DNA of 64,000 bases from Deltaproteobacteria bacterium (GTDB lineage Bacteria; Myxococcota_A; Polyangia; Polyangiales; Ga0077539): the NCBI GenBank assembly GCA_030694465.1, contig JAUXYJ010000103.1, positions 27,057-91,056 on the forward strand. Reading direction: 5' to 3'. Position 1 is the stretch's first letter, and each line of letters begins with the position of its first letter. This document shows, piece after piece, positions 9,462-20,003 of this stretch. Position numbers and translations under genes: made by a program. The notes under the pieces were generated by a model that was not told the DNA's origin, did no database searches, and saw only the letters and a list, made by a program, of their open reading frames with translations.

Positions 9462-11621
9462 CTAAAACAGTGCGCGATAGCCCATCGCGATGAGCAAGCC
9501 ACCGATCGGGAGCTCGCCCAATCCTCGGGTCGGCGCGACCGCTCCGCGATAGCCAACATTGGCAAACAAGCCACCGGGACCGATACGCAGCTGCGCGCCC
9601 ACCATGGCCGCTGCGGTGACCGTCGAGAGACCTTCGATCGCCTCGGTCCCATCCGCGCGCGTCACCGCGGTTCGCACAAAGACCCACTGCGGAACGAAGG
9701 CAAAATAGCCCGTCACAGGCCCGTTGTGCCTCGCGAAATAGCCGCCCACCACCGGGCCAAAGTCAAACGCGTCGATGCCCAGCGTGAGCGACGGCGCGCT
9801 CGGTCCTCCTGCGCTCGCTGGAGCACAAATCACGGACGGATCCGCGAGCTGAGGGCCCACACAGCCAAAGCGCAGATAGCCCGCACGCACCCCCAACAAC
9901 AGACCAGGGCCGGCCGGAATCCTCGCGCGCGCCTCAAGCGCGAGCCCTAATCCCGAGCGATATCGCCCGTCAAACGTGATCATCGCGTTGGCCTCCATCG
10001 AGGCCTCAAGGCCCACGTGCGGCGCGGGGGGCGCCGCAGGAGCCTCTGCCGCAGGCGGCGGCGCGCTGGACGTCACCTCCACGGTGGCGCGAGCCTCTTG
10101 GTCTCCGTCGACAAAGAAGCTCACCTGCGTCTGCGGGACGGTTCCGGTCCAGCGCAAGACGGTCTCGTAGGTCCCAGGCTGATCGCCCGGGATCACCGGT
10201 TCTGCAGTAAAACCAGCCTGCACGACCGCGCGCACCGACGCGCCCACGATGGGCGAGCCGACCGCGTCGAGCAGACGCACGAGCACGCGACGTTGTCCCA
10301 CGTTGCCCTCGTAGCGAGGCACCATAGGGCGCGACTGGACCACCACGAAGCCGCTGTCGGCGCGGTCAAACGTCCGGTCCACGACCCGCGTTGCCTCGGC
10401 GTCGCTCGCGCAGCGCAGCACATGAGTCTGCAGCGGAGACAGCACCCAAGGCGTCGCAGTCACCGCGCGCAATGGCTGATTGTCCATCGCGCAGAACACA
10501 CCCTCGCTCACGCGTACCGACGCGAGCATGCCCGGGCCTCCGCGGTTGTAGGTCACCGAGGCGACCGCAAAGCGCTGCACGCTGCTCGGTCGTCCCTCAA
10601 AGCCGTCCGCATCGACCGCGCTAACGCGTGCAAAATACCGGCCCGTTGTCACATCGGCGTCGAGATTGGTCACCGCCGCGGGCACCCGCGCGTCGACAAT
10701 CAAATCGTTGAAGCGCTCGTCTCGTGCGAGCTGAACGTGCCAGACCACCGGCGCAGGGCCGCCCACTCCACGAGCAAATTGCCCCTGCAAACGAATGCGG
10801 GCGTCGCCATCCGCTAAGAACAACGGGGCAAACCCAGCGATCCATTGCGGCGCCTCAGGCAGCGGCTGGGGTGGCGTGGGCGCGCGGCCACGATCTGCGC
10901 GTGAGCCAAATCCCTCGTTAACGCTGACCGTCCGACCTCGGGCGCGGATGCTCGAGTTGCCCGCGTGCACAGCCAAGCGCGTGGTAGCTCGCTGATCCAC
11001 ATCGACGAGGGAGGTCCCGCGTCCCACCGAGGCGCTCCCCGAAGGCGTCTCAATGGTCACAGTCTGCGGCGCCGCAGAGCCCCCTGAGAGCGCCGCGAGG
11101 CTCGCGCGTAGGGTCCCGCGCTCAAGCCTCGTGCTGGCGCTGTCTCCGGCGTCTACACGGCGCGCGCTGCGCCCCAGAATCACGACGAGCGTGTTGCTAC
11201 CGAGCTGCAGCTGCGCTTCGTCGATGAAGGTCAGCTCGGCGCTTGAGGCATCGAGCGTCCCGACACGGTGTCCACGCTCAAGGGACTCTTCTCGGCTCGC
11301 GTGGTGCTGCTCGGGCGTAAACGCGTTGACCTGATTGCGCACAAACGTGATCGTCGCGTCGGCGCCGCGGCGCGAGCCCGTCGCGGTCGGCGGCAAGCGC
11401 AGGATCTGGCCCGGTCGCAACCGATGAGGCAAGCGCCCCAACCGGTTGTTTTGATGGATGAGGTCAATGCGGCCAACATCGCCATACATGCGCTGCGCGA
11501 TCGAGGGGCATGTGTCCCCGGACTGGACTCGGTAGTCCGTCAGCTCTTGCGCGAAAGCGCTCGGCGCACACAACACAAGAGAGCCTGCAAAAAACCAGGG
11601 ATTCATAGCGAATCGAGGCAT
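9462..11621 (-). CDS. LysM domain-containing outer-membrane protein
   Basis: Signal peptide (MPRFAMNPWFFAGSLVLCAPSAFA) and a LysM domain (YRVQSGDTCPSIAQRMYGD...LRPGQILRLP). A Pro/Ala linker follows, then a C-terminal beta-barrel-like region ending ...GYRALF with a terminal Phe. Confidence 0.6.
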   Translation of the reverse strand: MPRFAMNPWFFAGSLVLCAPSAFAQELTDYRVQSGDTCPSIAQRMYGDVGRIDLIHQNNRLGRLPHRLRPGQILRLPPTATGSRRGADATITFVRNQVNAFTPEQHHASREESLERGHRVGTLDASSAELTFIDEAQLQLGSNTLVVILGRSARRVDAGDSASTRLERGTLRASLAALSGGSAAPQTVTIETPSGSASVGRGTSLVDVDQRATTRLAVHAGNSSIRARGRTVSVNEGFGSRADRGRAPTPPQPLPEAPQWIAGFAPLFLADGDARIRLQGQFARGVGGPAPVVWHVQLARDERFNDLIVDARVPAAVTNLDADVTTGRYFARVSAVDADGFEGRPSSVQRFAVASVTYNRGGPGMLASVRVSEGVFCAMDNQPLRAVTATPWVLSPLQTHVLRCASDAEATRVVDRTFDRADSGFVVVQSRPMVPRYEGNVGQRRVLVRLLDAVGSPIVGASVRAVVQAGFTAEPVIPGDQPGTYETVLRWTGTVPQTQVSFFVDGDQEARATVEVTSSAPPPAAEAPAAPPAPHVGLEASMEANAMITFDGRYRSGLGLALEARARIPAGPGLLLGVRAGYLRFGCVGPQLADPSVICAPASAGGPSAPSLTLGIDAFDFGPVVGGYFARHNGPVTGYFAFVPQWVFVRTAVTRADGTEAIEGLSTVTAAAMVGAQLRIGPGGLFANVGYRGAVAPTRGLGELPIGGLLIAMGYRALF

Positions 11622-11681
11622 GTTCCATCCTTGAAAAAGCGAATAAGAATGACTGTCACAGCTGTGCAAAGTTTTCATCCG

Positions 11682-13424
11682 TCACCGACCACGCCGCACA
11701 AGGCGAGTGATTTGCTTGCACATGGACTCGTCGGTGGCGCCTGCTGCGGCGACGTCGTTGGCTCCTGCGCGAATGAGCGCGGGGGTCGCCGTTGCGTCCA
11801 CATCGACGACCATCACGGGAGTCTTCGCGGTGTGCTCATGCGAGCGAACTTGCTGCAAACGCGCAAGCGGATCATCATGTCCCGCGACAACAAAGACCTT
11901 CGCCGGGCGGCGCGCTAAGACCTCCGCGTCGGGGAGCTCTACGCGAGGCCAGACCAGCGCGCTGACCCCCTGGAGCGCGAGCGCGCTGCGCAGTCGATCC
12001 GCGAGGTCCGTGTTGAGACCCCACAGCACCGCGCGCGCCATGGCGCCGTCCTCGGCGGGCTGCAGCGGTTGGTGAGAATCGGTGTGCGGAACCGACGCCG
12101 CGACGAGCGCGCGCTGCTCGCGAGAGAGCGCAGCGTAGGCCACACGCTGTTGTGCTTGTAGGTGCTTCTGGCTGACCACGTCGTCGCCGCGGAGAGCTTG
12201 CGCCAAGAGGTCTCGCATCACGCTCGCGGTGGGACGCTCTGCGGGATCTTTGGCGAGGGCCTGACGAACGACCGCTTCGATCCCTGGCGGAATCTCGCGC
12301 TTGTCACCGCTGTCAGCCATCGGAGGCGGCTCGACAAACAAGTGCTTGGCCATGATGTCAGGCACCGAGCTGCCCACAAACGGAGGATCACCCGTGAGCA
12401 ACTCGTAGAGCATCGCGCCCGTCGCATAGATGTCCGTGGGCGCTCCGACATCGCGTCCACGGCACTGCTCAGGCGACATGTAAAACGGCGTGCCTTGCAC
12501 GGTGCTCGTCCCAGTCAGCCGCTGAGATTCAGGGCGGTCATCCATCAACGCCAAGCCAAAATCCAGCACTTTGACGCGTTCACTGCGATCTCCCATCTCG
12601 AGGAGCATCACGTTTTCGGGCTTGAGATCTCGGTGCACGATGCCCATCGCGTGGGCCACTTCGAGGACACTCAACACCTCTTGCACTTGCGAAATCACAC
12701 GGTCAATCGACGAGAGGACCCCTTGCTCGTCGCGCATACAATCAAAGAGCTGTCGCCCGCGGACGAGCTCCATGACCATGTAGAGCTCTTCGAAGTGCTC
12801 ACCAAAGTCATGGACTGCGACGATGCTGGGATGCCGCAATTTTGCGAGCGCCACGGCCTCGCGACGAAACCGTGCGCGCGCCTCGGGGCGAGCCGAGAAC
12901 TCTTTGAGCAAGAACTTAATCGCGACGGGTTCGCCGAGGGTCAGGTGCGTTCCGCGATAGACACGGCCAAACCCTCCGGCGCCGATGAGCTCATTGACCT
13001 GATAACGGCCACTGATAATCTGCCCAACCCGAGGGTCCTCAAACGCATAGTCGCACTCAGAACATCGCGGTTGGTGCATCACAAGCGCGCCGCACACCGG
13101 GCAATGCGAAGCGCCAATGCCAGGCGCCGTCATCACGGGCACTTCGGCCTCACGCGTCTCTCGAAACGCGAACCCGAGCACGGGCCCCTCGTCCACGGGC
13201 AGGGCGCGCGCGGCGCTCTCCGGCGCATCGTAGATCTCGACGGAGGGCTGCGATTTGTCCAGCCGATAGTCCATCGTGGCGCGGTCATGCGACGCAACCG
13301 CTGGCACCACGAGCGCTGCGGGCACTGCGGGCACTGCGGGCTTAAAGACCGGCACCGCGAGCTCGGTGGGCTCTTCGCCAAAGGCTTGGGTCTCGCGAGG
13401 ACCACGCTTGTCGTTCTCACTCAT
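11682..13424 (-). CDS. Serine/threonine protein kinase with N-terminal zinc-ribbon and C-terminal receiver-like domain
   Basis: CPVCG..CSEC zinc ribbon, then Hanks motifs (GAGGFGRVY, AIK, HRDLKPENV, DFG, SPE). The C-terminal ~120 aa resemble a CheY-like fold (KVFVVAGHDD...VMVVDVD). The start overlaps the upstream cyclase stop by 4 bp (ATGA). Confidence 0.85.
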   Translation of the reverse strand: MSENDKRGPRETQAFGEEPTELAVPVFKPAVPAVPAALVVPAVASHDRATMDYRLDKSQPSVEIYDAPESAARALPVDEGPVLGFAFRETREAEVPVMTAPGIGASHCPVCGALVMHQPRCSECDYAFEDPRVGQIISGRYQVNELIGAGGFGRVYRGTHLTLGEPVAIKFLLKEFSARPEARARFRREAVALAKLRHPSIVAVHDFGEHFEELYMVMELVRGRQLFDCMRDEQGVLSSIDRVISQVQEVLSVLEVAHAMGIVHRDLKPENVMLLEMGDRSERVKVLDFGLALMDDRPESQRLTGTSTVQGTPFYMSPEQCRGRDVGAPTDIYATGAMLYELLTGDPPFVGSSVPDIMAKHLFVEPPPMADSGDKREIPPGIEAVVRQALAKDPAERPTASVMRDLLAQALRGDDVVSQKHLQAQQRVAYAALSREQRALVAASVPHTDSHQPLQPAEDGAMARAVLWGLNTDLADRLRSALALQGVSALVWPRVELPDAEVLARRPAKVFVVAGHDDPLARLQQVRSHEHTAKTPVMVVDVDATATPALIRAGANDVAAAGATDESMCKQITRLVRRGR

Positions 13425-15229
13425 CGGAGCATCTCCAAGATCGGAACCGGCTGCTCTTTGCCTCGCAACGGGTGCTCACCGATCGACTTAAACTCAAACG
13501 CATCGCCGGCTTTGTCCGCCACCACTTGTGTCACGAGCGTCTGCCCAGCGCGCGCAACACCCTCGAGCCGCGCGGCGACGTTCACGGCGTCACCGATCAC
13601 GGTGTACTCCATGCGTCGCTCGCTCCCGAGGTTGCCCACGATCACTTCGCCAGAGTTCACTCCTATGGCGATCCGCACGTCGATGCCGTACTTCGTGAGC
13701 CACGAGGGCGCGGTCGCCTCGACAAACCGGTGCATGTCTTCGGCGCACAAGAGCGCGCGCTCGGCGTGGTCGCTCATCGCGTTGGGGGCACCAAAAAATG
13801 CCATCACGCTGTCGCCCATAAACTTGTCCACCGTGCCCTGATGCCGAAAGACAACCTCGGTGAGCACAGTGAACAATTCGTTAAGAAATTCAACGACTTG
13901 CTCGGCTCCGGCGCGCTCGACAAAGGGCGTAAACGAGACGACGTCCGCGAAGAGCACGCTGACCTCACGGCGCTCACCGCCCAGCGCGAGAGTGCGCTTG
14001 CCCTCTGCGATCTCTTGCGCGACCGAGGCGGGCAAAAACCTTGAGAGGTTCTCTTCGACCGCGGCCCTCCGCGCGATCTCGTCTTCGCTCGCAGAGAGAT
14101 CATCGGCCATCTGCTCCATCGTGGCGCCTAGCACCTCGAGCTCATCGCCCGAGCGCACATCGCTCCGCGTCTCAAAGCGCCGCGCTGCGTACGATCGCGC
14201 CAACGCGATCAGCGACCCAACCGGCCGGGTTGTCCTGGCCGCGACGGTCGTGCCCACAATCAGTGACAACAGAATCAGCAACAGGACCGCGCCCAAGACC
14301 GCGCGACGCGTCGCAGCGATCCCTGAAAAAACAGAGGCCGAAGGGCGCCGCGCCAGCACGCCCACGCGCAACCCAGGCACCGTCCGAAGCGAACCCACCC
14401 AGTCTTGACCGCCCGCGTCTTGATACTCGCCAGAGCTCAAGAAGTTCACCGCGAAGCGCTCTTCGGGCACGTTGATCTTGCTGAGAAGCTCACGCCCTCG
14501 CAGCGACGCGCCCACCGCGTACATCGGCCCCGCGCTCCCAGACGCCACCAGCACCGTGAGCGAGGGGTCCAAGAGAACCAGCCCATCATTGCGGCCCTCA
14601 AAGTGATCTCGCGAGAGCTCTTCGAACTGGTCGTTGACCACGTTTTCGCGCAGTTGTCCGAGCACAAACCCCGTGCGCCTGCCTCCGTTGGACAAGGGCT
14701 GCACGTAGCGCAGTCTCAGAGCGCGCCCCTGCAGCGCCGGAGGCATCCAGCGCCCTCGCGCGTCAGCCCGGAGGCTCTCGTCAAGCCGCGGTGGCGCAGG
14801 GGTCGTCGCCTGGCCTTCTCCACGAATCATCGTGTCAATCAGCTCGCCGCTGTCGCTGTAGATCGCCACCGAGTCGAGCGCGTTCATCGTGGCCAGCACG
14901 CTCTGGGCGAGCGCGATCTTGGCCTCTCCGTCGGTCAAGCGTGGATCCGAGAGGATGCGACCGATGTGCGAGACCGCGCGCGCTGCGCTCTCAAGCGTGT
15001 TCTCTAGACGTGTCCCCGCGTGGTCCATCACCGCGGCCTGGTGAGCTTCTTCGGAGTGAAGCAGACCCTGCCGCTGTTTTTGCAGGACAAATGGAGCAAG
15101 CACCGCGAGCGGGATCGTCCCCAAGAGCAGCAACGCGATGGTCCAACGCGTGCGCAACGACAGCCCGCGCGTCGAACGCGTCGAGGTCTGCGTCTTGGCG
15201 CTCACAGCGCTGTCCGTTTGCTCGCTCAA
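13421..15229 (-). CDS. Membrane-anchored class III adenylate/guanylate cyclase with periplasmic sensor and HAMP domains
   Basis: Cyclase homology domain motifs are present (FADVVSFT, KFMGDSVMAFFGAP, VIGDAVNVAARLE). An upstream HAMP-like segment and TM helices flank a ~280-aa extracytoplasmic domain. Confidence 0.85.
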   Translation of the reverse strand: MSEQTDSAVSAKTQTSTRSTRGLSLRTRWTIALLLLGTIPLAVLAPFVLQKQRQGLLHSEEAHQAAVMDHAGTRLENTLESAARAVSHIGRILSDPRLTDGEAKIALAQSVLATMNALDSVAIYSDSGELIDTMIRGEGQATTPAPPRLDESLRADARGRWMPPALQGRALRLRYVQPLSNGGRRTGFVLGQLRENVVNDQFEELSRDHFEGRNDGLVLLDPSLTVLVASGSAGPMYAVGASLRGRELLSKINVPEERFAVNFLSSGEYQDAGGQDWVGSLRTVPGLRVGVLARRPSASVFSGIAATRRAVLGAVLLLILLSLIVGTTVAARTTRPVGSLIALARSYAARRFETRSDVRSGDELEVLGATMEQMADDLSASEDEIARRAAVEENLSRFLPASVAQEIAEGKRTLALGGERREVSVLFADVVSFTPFVERAGAEQVVEFLNELFTVLTEVVFRHQGTVDKFMGDSVMAFFGAPNAMSDHAERALLCAEDMHRFVEATAPSWLTKYGIDVRIAIGVNSGEVIVGNLGSERRMEYTVIGDAVNVAARLEGVARAGQTLVTQVVADKAGDAFEFKSIGEHPLRGKEQPVPILEMLR

Positions 15230-17112
15230 CGGGGCCTCCGAACCGCACCCCGCGCGCGAGCCGGCGACGTCGCCGGAACAACCGCGGCTGGAGCAACAAC
15301 CGGAGGCGTCGCCGCAGCCGGCTCAGTCGGAGCAGGGATCAGCACACGAAACGCAACGCGACGGTTGCGCTCGCGCCCATCGGCCGTGGCGTTGTCCGCG
15401 ATCGGCTGGGTCGGACCAAAACCATGAGCCTCAAGACGCTGTGGCTCGACGCCGTGCTCGGCTAGCCAGAGCATCACAGCGGTCGCGCGGCGAACCGAGA
15501 GGTCTACGTTGAGCTCGAGATTTCCGCGGCTGTCGGTGTGTCCGTTGACGCTCAGCCGTCGGACGTCTGTGCGCGCAGCGAGCGCGTCCGCGACCGCTTG
15601 AAGCACCTCAAACGAGCGTCGCTGGATCGTCGCCCGGCCCGTGTCAAAGAAGACCGGCTGCAAAATTCGCAGCTCTCCGCTGCTCATTTGCACGAGCGAG
15701 GGGCAACCATTGCGCGCGGGATCTCGGCTGGGAGCGCCCGCGACGTCGGGGCAATGGTCGTCCCGATCCGCAACATTGTCTCCATCGCGATCTTGCAACG
15801 GGCAGCCCAAATGCAGGGGATCTGCAGTGCTCCCTTGCGGCTCCGTGCGGCACTCGTCGCGATGATCGGTCACGCCGTCGTGGTCTTGATCTCCGTCGGG
15901 ACATCCTGGACGCTCGGGATCGGGCGAGCTGCCCGCGGGCTCGTTGGGGCACTGATCGACCGGCAGCAAGATGCCATCGTGGTCCGCGTCGAGCGTGGCC
16001 GGATCGCAGGGCGCGCCAAGCGAACAGGGCGCGAGTGCAACACGTGATTCCTGAATATTTACGGGATCTTGCGAAGGTGTATTTCGCTCTGCACGCGCGC
16101 TGCGCGCCGAAGATTCTGCGCGCGCAAATGCGTCGTCGTCGGCTGGCGTCCGCTGCGGCACACGGCTGCCGTCAAACGGCGTAAGCGTGACGCCCACCAG
16201 ACCTCGGAGCGAAGGGACCCCCACCGCGCGCGTGATCCCGGGACCTACGCCCGCAGAGAGCTCGAGCCACGAGCACGGCGCGTACTTCGCGATCGCGATC
16301 ACTTCGGCTGCGATATTTCCAGACGCAAATGCGGTCTCTGCGAGGGTCTGGACCCACGCCTCTGCGCCCACCGAGAGCCGATCTTGCATCAACGCGACAC
16401 TCACACCTGCGTTGAGGTAGAGCTCGCTCGCGATGACTGCGCCTTGGACCACGTGCCTTGGACGCGCGTGATAGCCCGTGCTGAGCGACCAGCGCACCGG
16501 GCCTCCGCGACCGGCGAGGGTGAGATACGCGCGACCCCGGAGGGCCTCGTCGGTCACGAGCTGGGATCGCTGAGAAGACAGCAAAAATCCAAAGAAAGCT
16601 TGCGCTCCAAGATAGACGCTCAGCGGCGTTCGGTCGGCCTCGCCGGCGAGCCGCAGGCGCGCTCCAAAACGCGGGTCACCCACCGAGAATCCTTCGATGA
16701 CGCCGCCCTGCAGTGCACGCGAGAGAGAGCCCGCGACGGGTACCGCAAAGGGCATGTCAAAGTTGAGCCCGAGCCTCCGCTGGATGTCGACCGAGGCCTG
16801 CAATCGCAGAGAGATCAAGTGGTCGACCACTCCCGCGGACATGGGGTTTGTGCCGCTCGCTTCGCGCGGGGTAAACACCAGGGGTCGCAGCGCGTAGTCT
16901 CCGAGAATCCCCACGCGGACTACGCCTGCTCCGGTCGCCGGCGTGCGCGGATGTTCGCTCGCAAAGAACGAATCCCCTGCGGGCGCGGGCTCAAATCGGT
17001 TCAGCGCCCAGCCCTGATCTTGGGCACTCTGCGCCAGCGCCATGGTCGGTGCGGCGAGCACCAAGCAAGACACGATTTGCGAGAGCAAGATGCGGTGCTC
17101 ATAAGCCTTCAT
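15226..17112 (-). CDS. OmpA-family outer-membrane protein with thrombospondin type-3 (TSP3) Ca-binding repeats
   Basis: Signal peptide (MKAYEHRILLSQIVSCLVLAAPTMALA), an N-terminal beta-barrel-like region, and repeated DxDxDGxxDxxDxCP TSP3 motifs. The C-terminal OmpA_C domain shows NGHTDSRG...NxxLSxRRA. A 4-bp overlap with the cyclase gene suggests an operon. Confidence 0.8.
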   Translation of the reverse strand: MKAYEHRILLSQIVSCLVLAAPTMALAQSAQDQGWALNRFEPAPAGDSFFASEHPRTPATGAGVVRVGILGDYALRPLVFTPREASGTNPMSAGVVDHLISLRLQASVDIQRRLGLNFDMPFAVPVAGSLSRALQGGVIEGFSVGDPRFGARLRLAGEADRTPLSVYLGAQAFFGFLLSSQRSQLVTDEALRGRAYLTLAGRGGPVRWSLSTGYHARPRHVVQGAVIASELYLNAGVSVALMQDRLSVGAEAWVQTLAETAFASGNIAAEVIAIAKYAPCSWLELSAGVGPGITRAVGVPSLRGLVGVTLTPFDGSRVPQRTPADDDAFARAESSARSARAERNTPSQDPVNIQESRVALAPCSLGAPCDPATLDADHDGILLPVDQCPNEPAGSSPDPERPGCPDGDQDHDGVTDHRDECRTEPQGSTADPLHLGCPLQDRDGDNVADRDDHCPDVAGAPSRDPARNGCPSLVQMSSGELRILQPVFFDTGRATIQRRSFEVLQAVADALAARTDVRRLSVNGHTDSRGNLELNVDLSVRRATAVMLWLAEHGVEPQRLEAHGFGPTQPIADNATADGRERNRRVAFRVLIPAPTEPAAATPPVVAPAAVVPATSPARARGAVRRPR

Positions 17113-17279
17113 GATGGCGTGTATTACACCAACGAGGGGGCTGAGCGTCACTGTTTGGACGATGTCCTTCGGTAGCGTTCTGCGACGAAGTAAGCCCCCT
17201 AGCGCGCGACCAAACGGGGTAAGACGGCATCTGGTCACTCAGTATTCATCTCGCCCCTTCGTTCTCTGTCTCACCGTCC

Positions 17280-18014
17280 ATGTGGAAATCCCTCTACGAC
17301 AGCGCCTGGCACAACCCCGGCATCTTCGCTCTGGCTGCGTTTTTTCTGCTGATTTGGCTCATCGTTTGGCCCAAACACGCGCCATCACTGAGGCACCTTC
17401 GCGTGCTGGTGGCAGGGCTTGCCGTGGTGGTCTTGGCGGACATTGCGCTCACAGGTGGCCTCAGCCCGCTCGCGCCCGCGCATCGCCACTGGATCGGCTA
17501 CGTCGCCATCCCTTTTGTGATTTTAGGCGACGCGCGAGTCTTTCTTTTGTTCGAGCAAGAGCTCGCACGAAGCACGGTGCAAGACCCAGCACGCTCGCTG
17601 AAGACCTACGGACGCGCGCTCGCCATGGCGCTCATCGTGCCGGTGCTGCAAGCGATCTTGCTGCAGCTTTTTCCCTCGATGTTTGCCCAACGCCGCAGAC
17701 TCTTTCTCGCGTACGAGCTCATGTTTTTGCCCGTCTTGCTGGGCTACATCCGCGTGCGTGTGCAGCCGGCGCTTGTGGCTCGCGCGCAACGATTGACCCA
17801 ACACACTTGGCTTCAGGGCGGCAAGTGGCTCTCGCTCCTTGGGGTCTTTGTCTTCGCGCAATACGCACTGTGGGCCCTCGCCGACGTGATGATCCTCGCG
17901 GGTCTCGACGCGGGATACCTCGTCCGGTTCGTCCCCAACGCGATGTACTACGCGCTGTTTTTGCCCTTCGCGTATGGCTCGGCTCCGAGCGATAGGGCGA
18001 CCGATGAGACCTAG
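17280..18014 (+). CDS. Hypothetical integral membrane protein (6-7 TM helices)
   Basis: Hydrophobic helices run throughout. It is divergent from the OmpA operon. Confidence 0.5.
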   Translation: MWKSLYDSAWHNPGIFALAAFFLLIWLIVWPKHAPSLRHLRVLVAGLAVVVLADIALTGGLSPLAPAHRHWIGYVAIPFVILGDARVFLLFEQELARSTVQDPARSLKTYGRALAMALIVPVLQAILLQLFPSMFAQRRRLFLAYELMFLPVLLGYIRVRVQPALVARAQRLTQHTWLQGGKWLSLLGVFVFAQYALWALADVMILAGLDAGYLVRFVPNAMYYALFLPFAYGSAPSDRATDET

Positions 18015-18933
18015 AATCGCTGCGATTTCGCTGGCATTTTTCGTACTCGCTCCGGCCTGTGAGCGCTCTGCACGCGTACACACCGCGGCCGACGGAGCTC
18101 ATGCCTCCGAGCGCGCACCCCCCGCCCTCCACGCGACGCTCGCGTTTCGCATGGAGGGACAGCCGCTCCGAACGCTTACGCTGGAAGAGCTCACCGACCA
18201 CATCGTCCCGAGGTCTATCGAAGGATTTGACCCGTACTACCAGCGCAGCAAACGCTTTCGCGCGCTGCCGATCGAAGCGGTGTTGCGCGAGGGATTTCGC
18301 GGAGAATCCGTGGGTGTGTTTGGCTCGCTTCACTTTGTCTTGCGCGCCCAAGATGGCTATACGGTGCCCATCGATGGCTCGCGCTTGCTTGAGGGTGGCG
18401 CACACCTCGCGTTCGAAGACCTCGAAGTCCCCGGCTGGGAACCCATCGGTCCGCGCAGATCCAACCCAGGGCCGTTTTATCTCGTGTGGTCCGAGGCAAC
18501 GCAGCGAGACCTCGAGACCCACCCACGACCGTGGCAGCTCGCGAGCATCGAAATCGCGAGCTTTGCATCAGTGTTTCCGCACACGGTCCCCGGCGACGTC
18601 GCCGCGTCGTCACCCACCATGAACGGGTTTCACATTTTTGCCCGTGAGTGTGTCCGCTGCCATGCGATCAACCGCGAGGGCGGCCGCATCGGGCCCGAGC
18701 TCAACGTCCCACAGAACATCACCGAGTACCGTCCCATCGCGCAAATCCGCGCGTACATCCGCAACCCGCTGCAGTTTCGCTATGGGGCCATGCCGGCACA
18801 TCCACACCTGAGCGAGGCTAACCTCGACGAGCTCATCGCGTATTTTACCGCCATGCGCCCACTCAAATACGACCCCGACGCGAGCCCCGATGCCGGTCAG
18901 CCAGCCCCTCGCGATGCATCCGCCCCTCACTGA
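18004..18933 (+). CDS. Cytochrome c domain lipoprotein
   Basis: Lipoprotein signal MRPRIAAISLAFFVLAPAC. The C-terminal c-type heme motif CVRCH with downstream Met (GAMP) resembles class I cytochrome c. Confidence 0.6.
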   Translation: MRPRIAAISLAFFVLAPACERSARVHTAADGAHASERAPPALHATLAFRMEGQPLRTLTLEELTDHIVPRSIEGFDPYYQRSKRFRALPIEAVLREGFRGESVGVFGSLHFVLRAQDGYTVPIDGSRLLEGGAHLAFEDLEVPGWEPIGPRRSNPGPFYLVWSEATQRDLETHPRPWQLASIEIASFASVFPHTVPGDVAASSPTMNGFHIFARECVRCHAINREGGRIGPELNVPQNITEYRPIAQIRAYIRNPLQFRYGAMPAHPHLSEANLDELIAYFTAMRPLKYDPDASPDAGQPAPRDASAPH

Positions 18934-19999
18934 AGCTCACACAAAACGCCCCGAGCAAGGCATCATCGGCGCGGTGTCTTCAGCCCCCATCTGTCCCCCC
19001 CACGACTCGCTGATGGATCGCATCGCCCACACGCCAGCGCTTGTGCGCGAGTCCATCGCGATCGGATCCCTCGTGGGCGCTGACCACCGCGAAGAGCTCA
19101 TCTCGGTACGCCGCTGGATCACCACCGGCATCGGCGCGTCCGAAGGCGTCGCGCGCGCGCTCGCCCTCACGCTCCGCAACGAACACGATCGGTCTGCAGA
19201 ATTTCTGCCTATTTCGCATTGGCTCTCGCCTCGCAGGCTCAGCCACGCCGACGGGCTGATCGTGTGCTCGCAGGGGCTGTGCCCCAACGCGCGCATGGCG
19301 CTGCAAGCGCGAGGGCACACAACGCGGGTACTGCTCACCGCCGCGGACCCGCAGACGCTCGACACTTACCTGCAAAACGAGCGGTGGATCGTCTGCCCTC
19401 ACGGCCCCTCTCACGAAAGCGCGCTCTTGCTCAGGGTCAGCGGTCCGATCTGCGCGATGGCCTCGGCGTGCGCGATGATGGGCGCGCTCGGCACAGCGCC
19501 CCAAGACGACTGGGCGCAGGCACTGGCGCGCGGGCTCGCGCTGGGATTCGAAGCTGCAAAAACGCTCACAAGCTCACAGCTCGCGCAGATCCGTGGCCTC
19601 ATCGCGCTTGGGGACCGCTGCGAGGCGCTCGCCGGTCTTGCGTGGGCGTGGACCGAAGGGACGCTCAGCACCGACCACTCCGTCTGGGACGCGCTGGGCT
19701 TTGTGCACGGGCCCTTTCAGGCGCTCTACGGCCACGACGCCACCCTCATCGCGCTTGAGCGCGCCAGCGCCATGGAGCGCGCGGTGTTTGACCGGCTCGC
19801 GTCCATTCTGCCTCCGCGACACACGCTGCTACGGATCGCGTTTCACGGGAGCCCCACCGAGGCACTCTTTGCGCACTGGGGGGCGTCGTACGCGCTCTTG
19901 ACCACGCATGCGATGCACGAAGAGATTGACCTCTGCAATTGGCCTGGCAAAGGGCACGACAGCGCGATCTACGACGTCACCGTGGGCACGGATCTCTAG
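18890..19999 (+). CDS. Hypothetical protein (alternative start at ATG 19013)
   Basis: 369-aa ORF with no motif recognised. The first 44 bp overlap the cytochrome c gene, so the true start may be at 19013 (MDRIAHTPA). Confidence 0.4.
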   Translation: MPVSQPLAMHPPLTEAHTKRPEQGIIGAVSSAPICPPHDSLMDRIAHTPALVRESIAIGSLVGADHREELISVRRWITTGIGASEGVARALALTLRNEHDRSAEFLPISHWLSPRRLSHADGLIVCSQGLCPNARMALQARGHTTRVLLTAADPQTLDTYLQNERWIVCPHGPSHESALLLRVSGPICAMASACAMMGALGTAPQDDWAQALARGLALGFEAAKTLTSSQLAQIRGLIALGDRCEALAGLAWAWTEGTLSTDHSVWDALGFVHGPFQALYGHDATLIALERASAMERAVFDRLASILPPRHTLLRIAFHGSPTEALFAHWGASYALLTTHAMHEEIDLCNWPGKGHDSAIYDVTVGTDL

Positions 20000-20003
20000 C
20001 CCA

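Noticed and set aside
17111-17995. 294-aa plus-strand ORF overlapping the TM protein gene 17280-18014 in another frame
   Set aside because: It has Arg/Ala-rich low-complexity composition. The alternative frame encodes a clean multi-TM protein.
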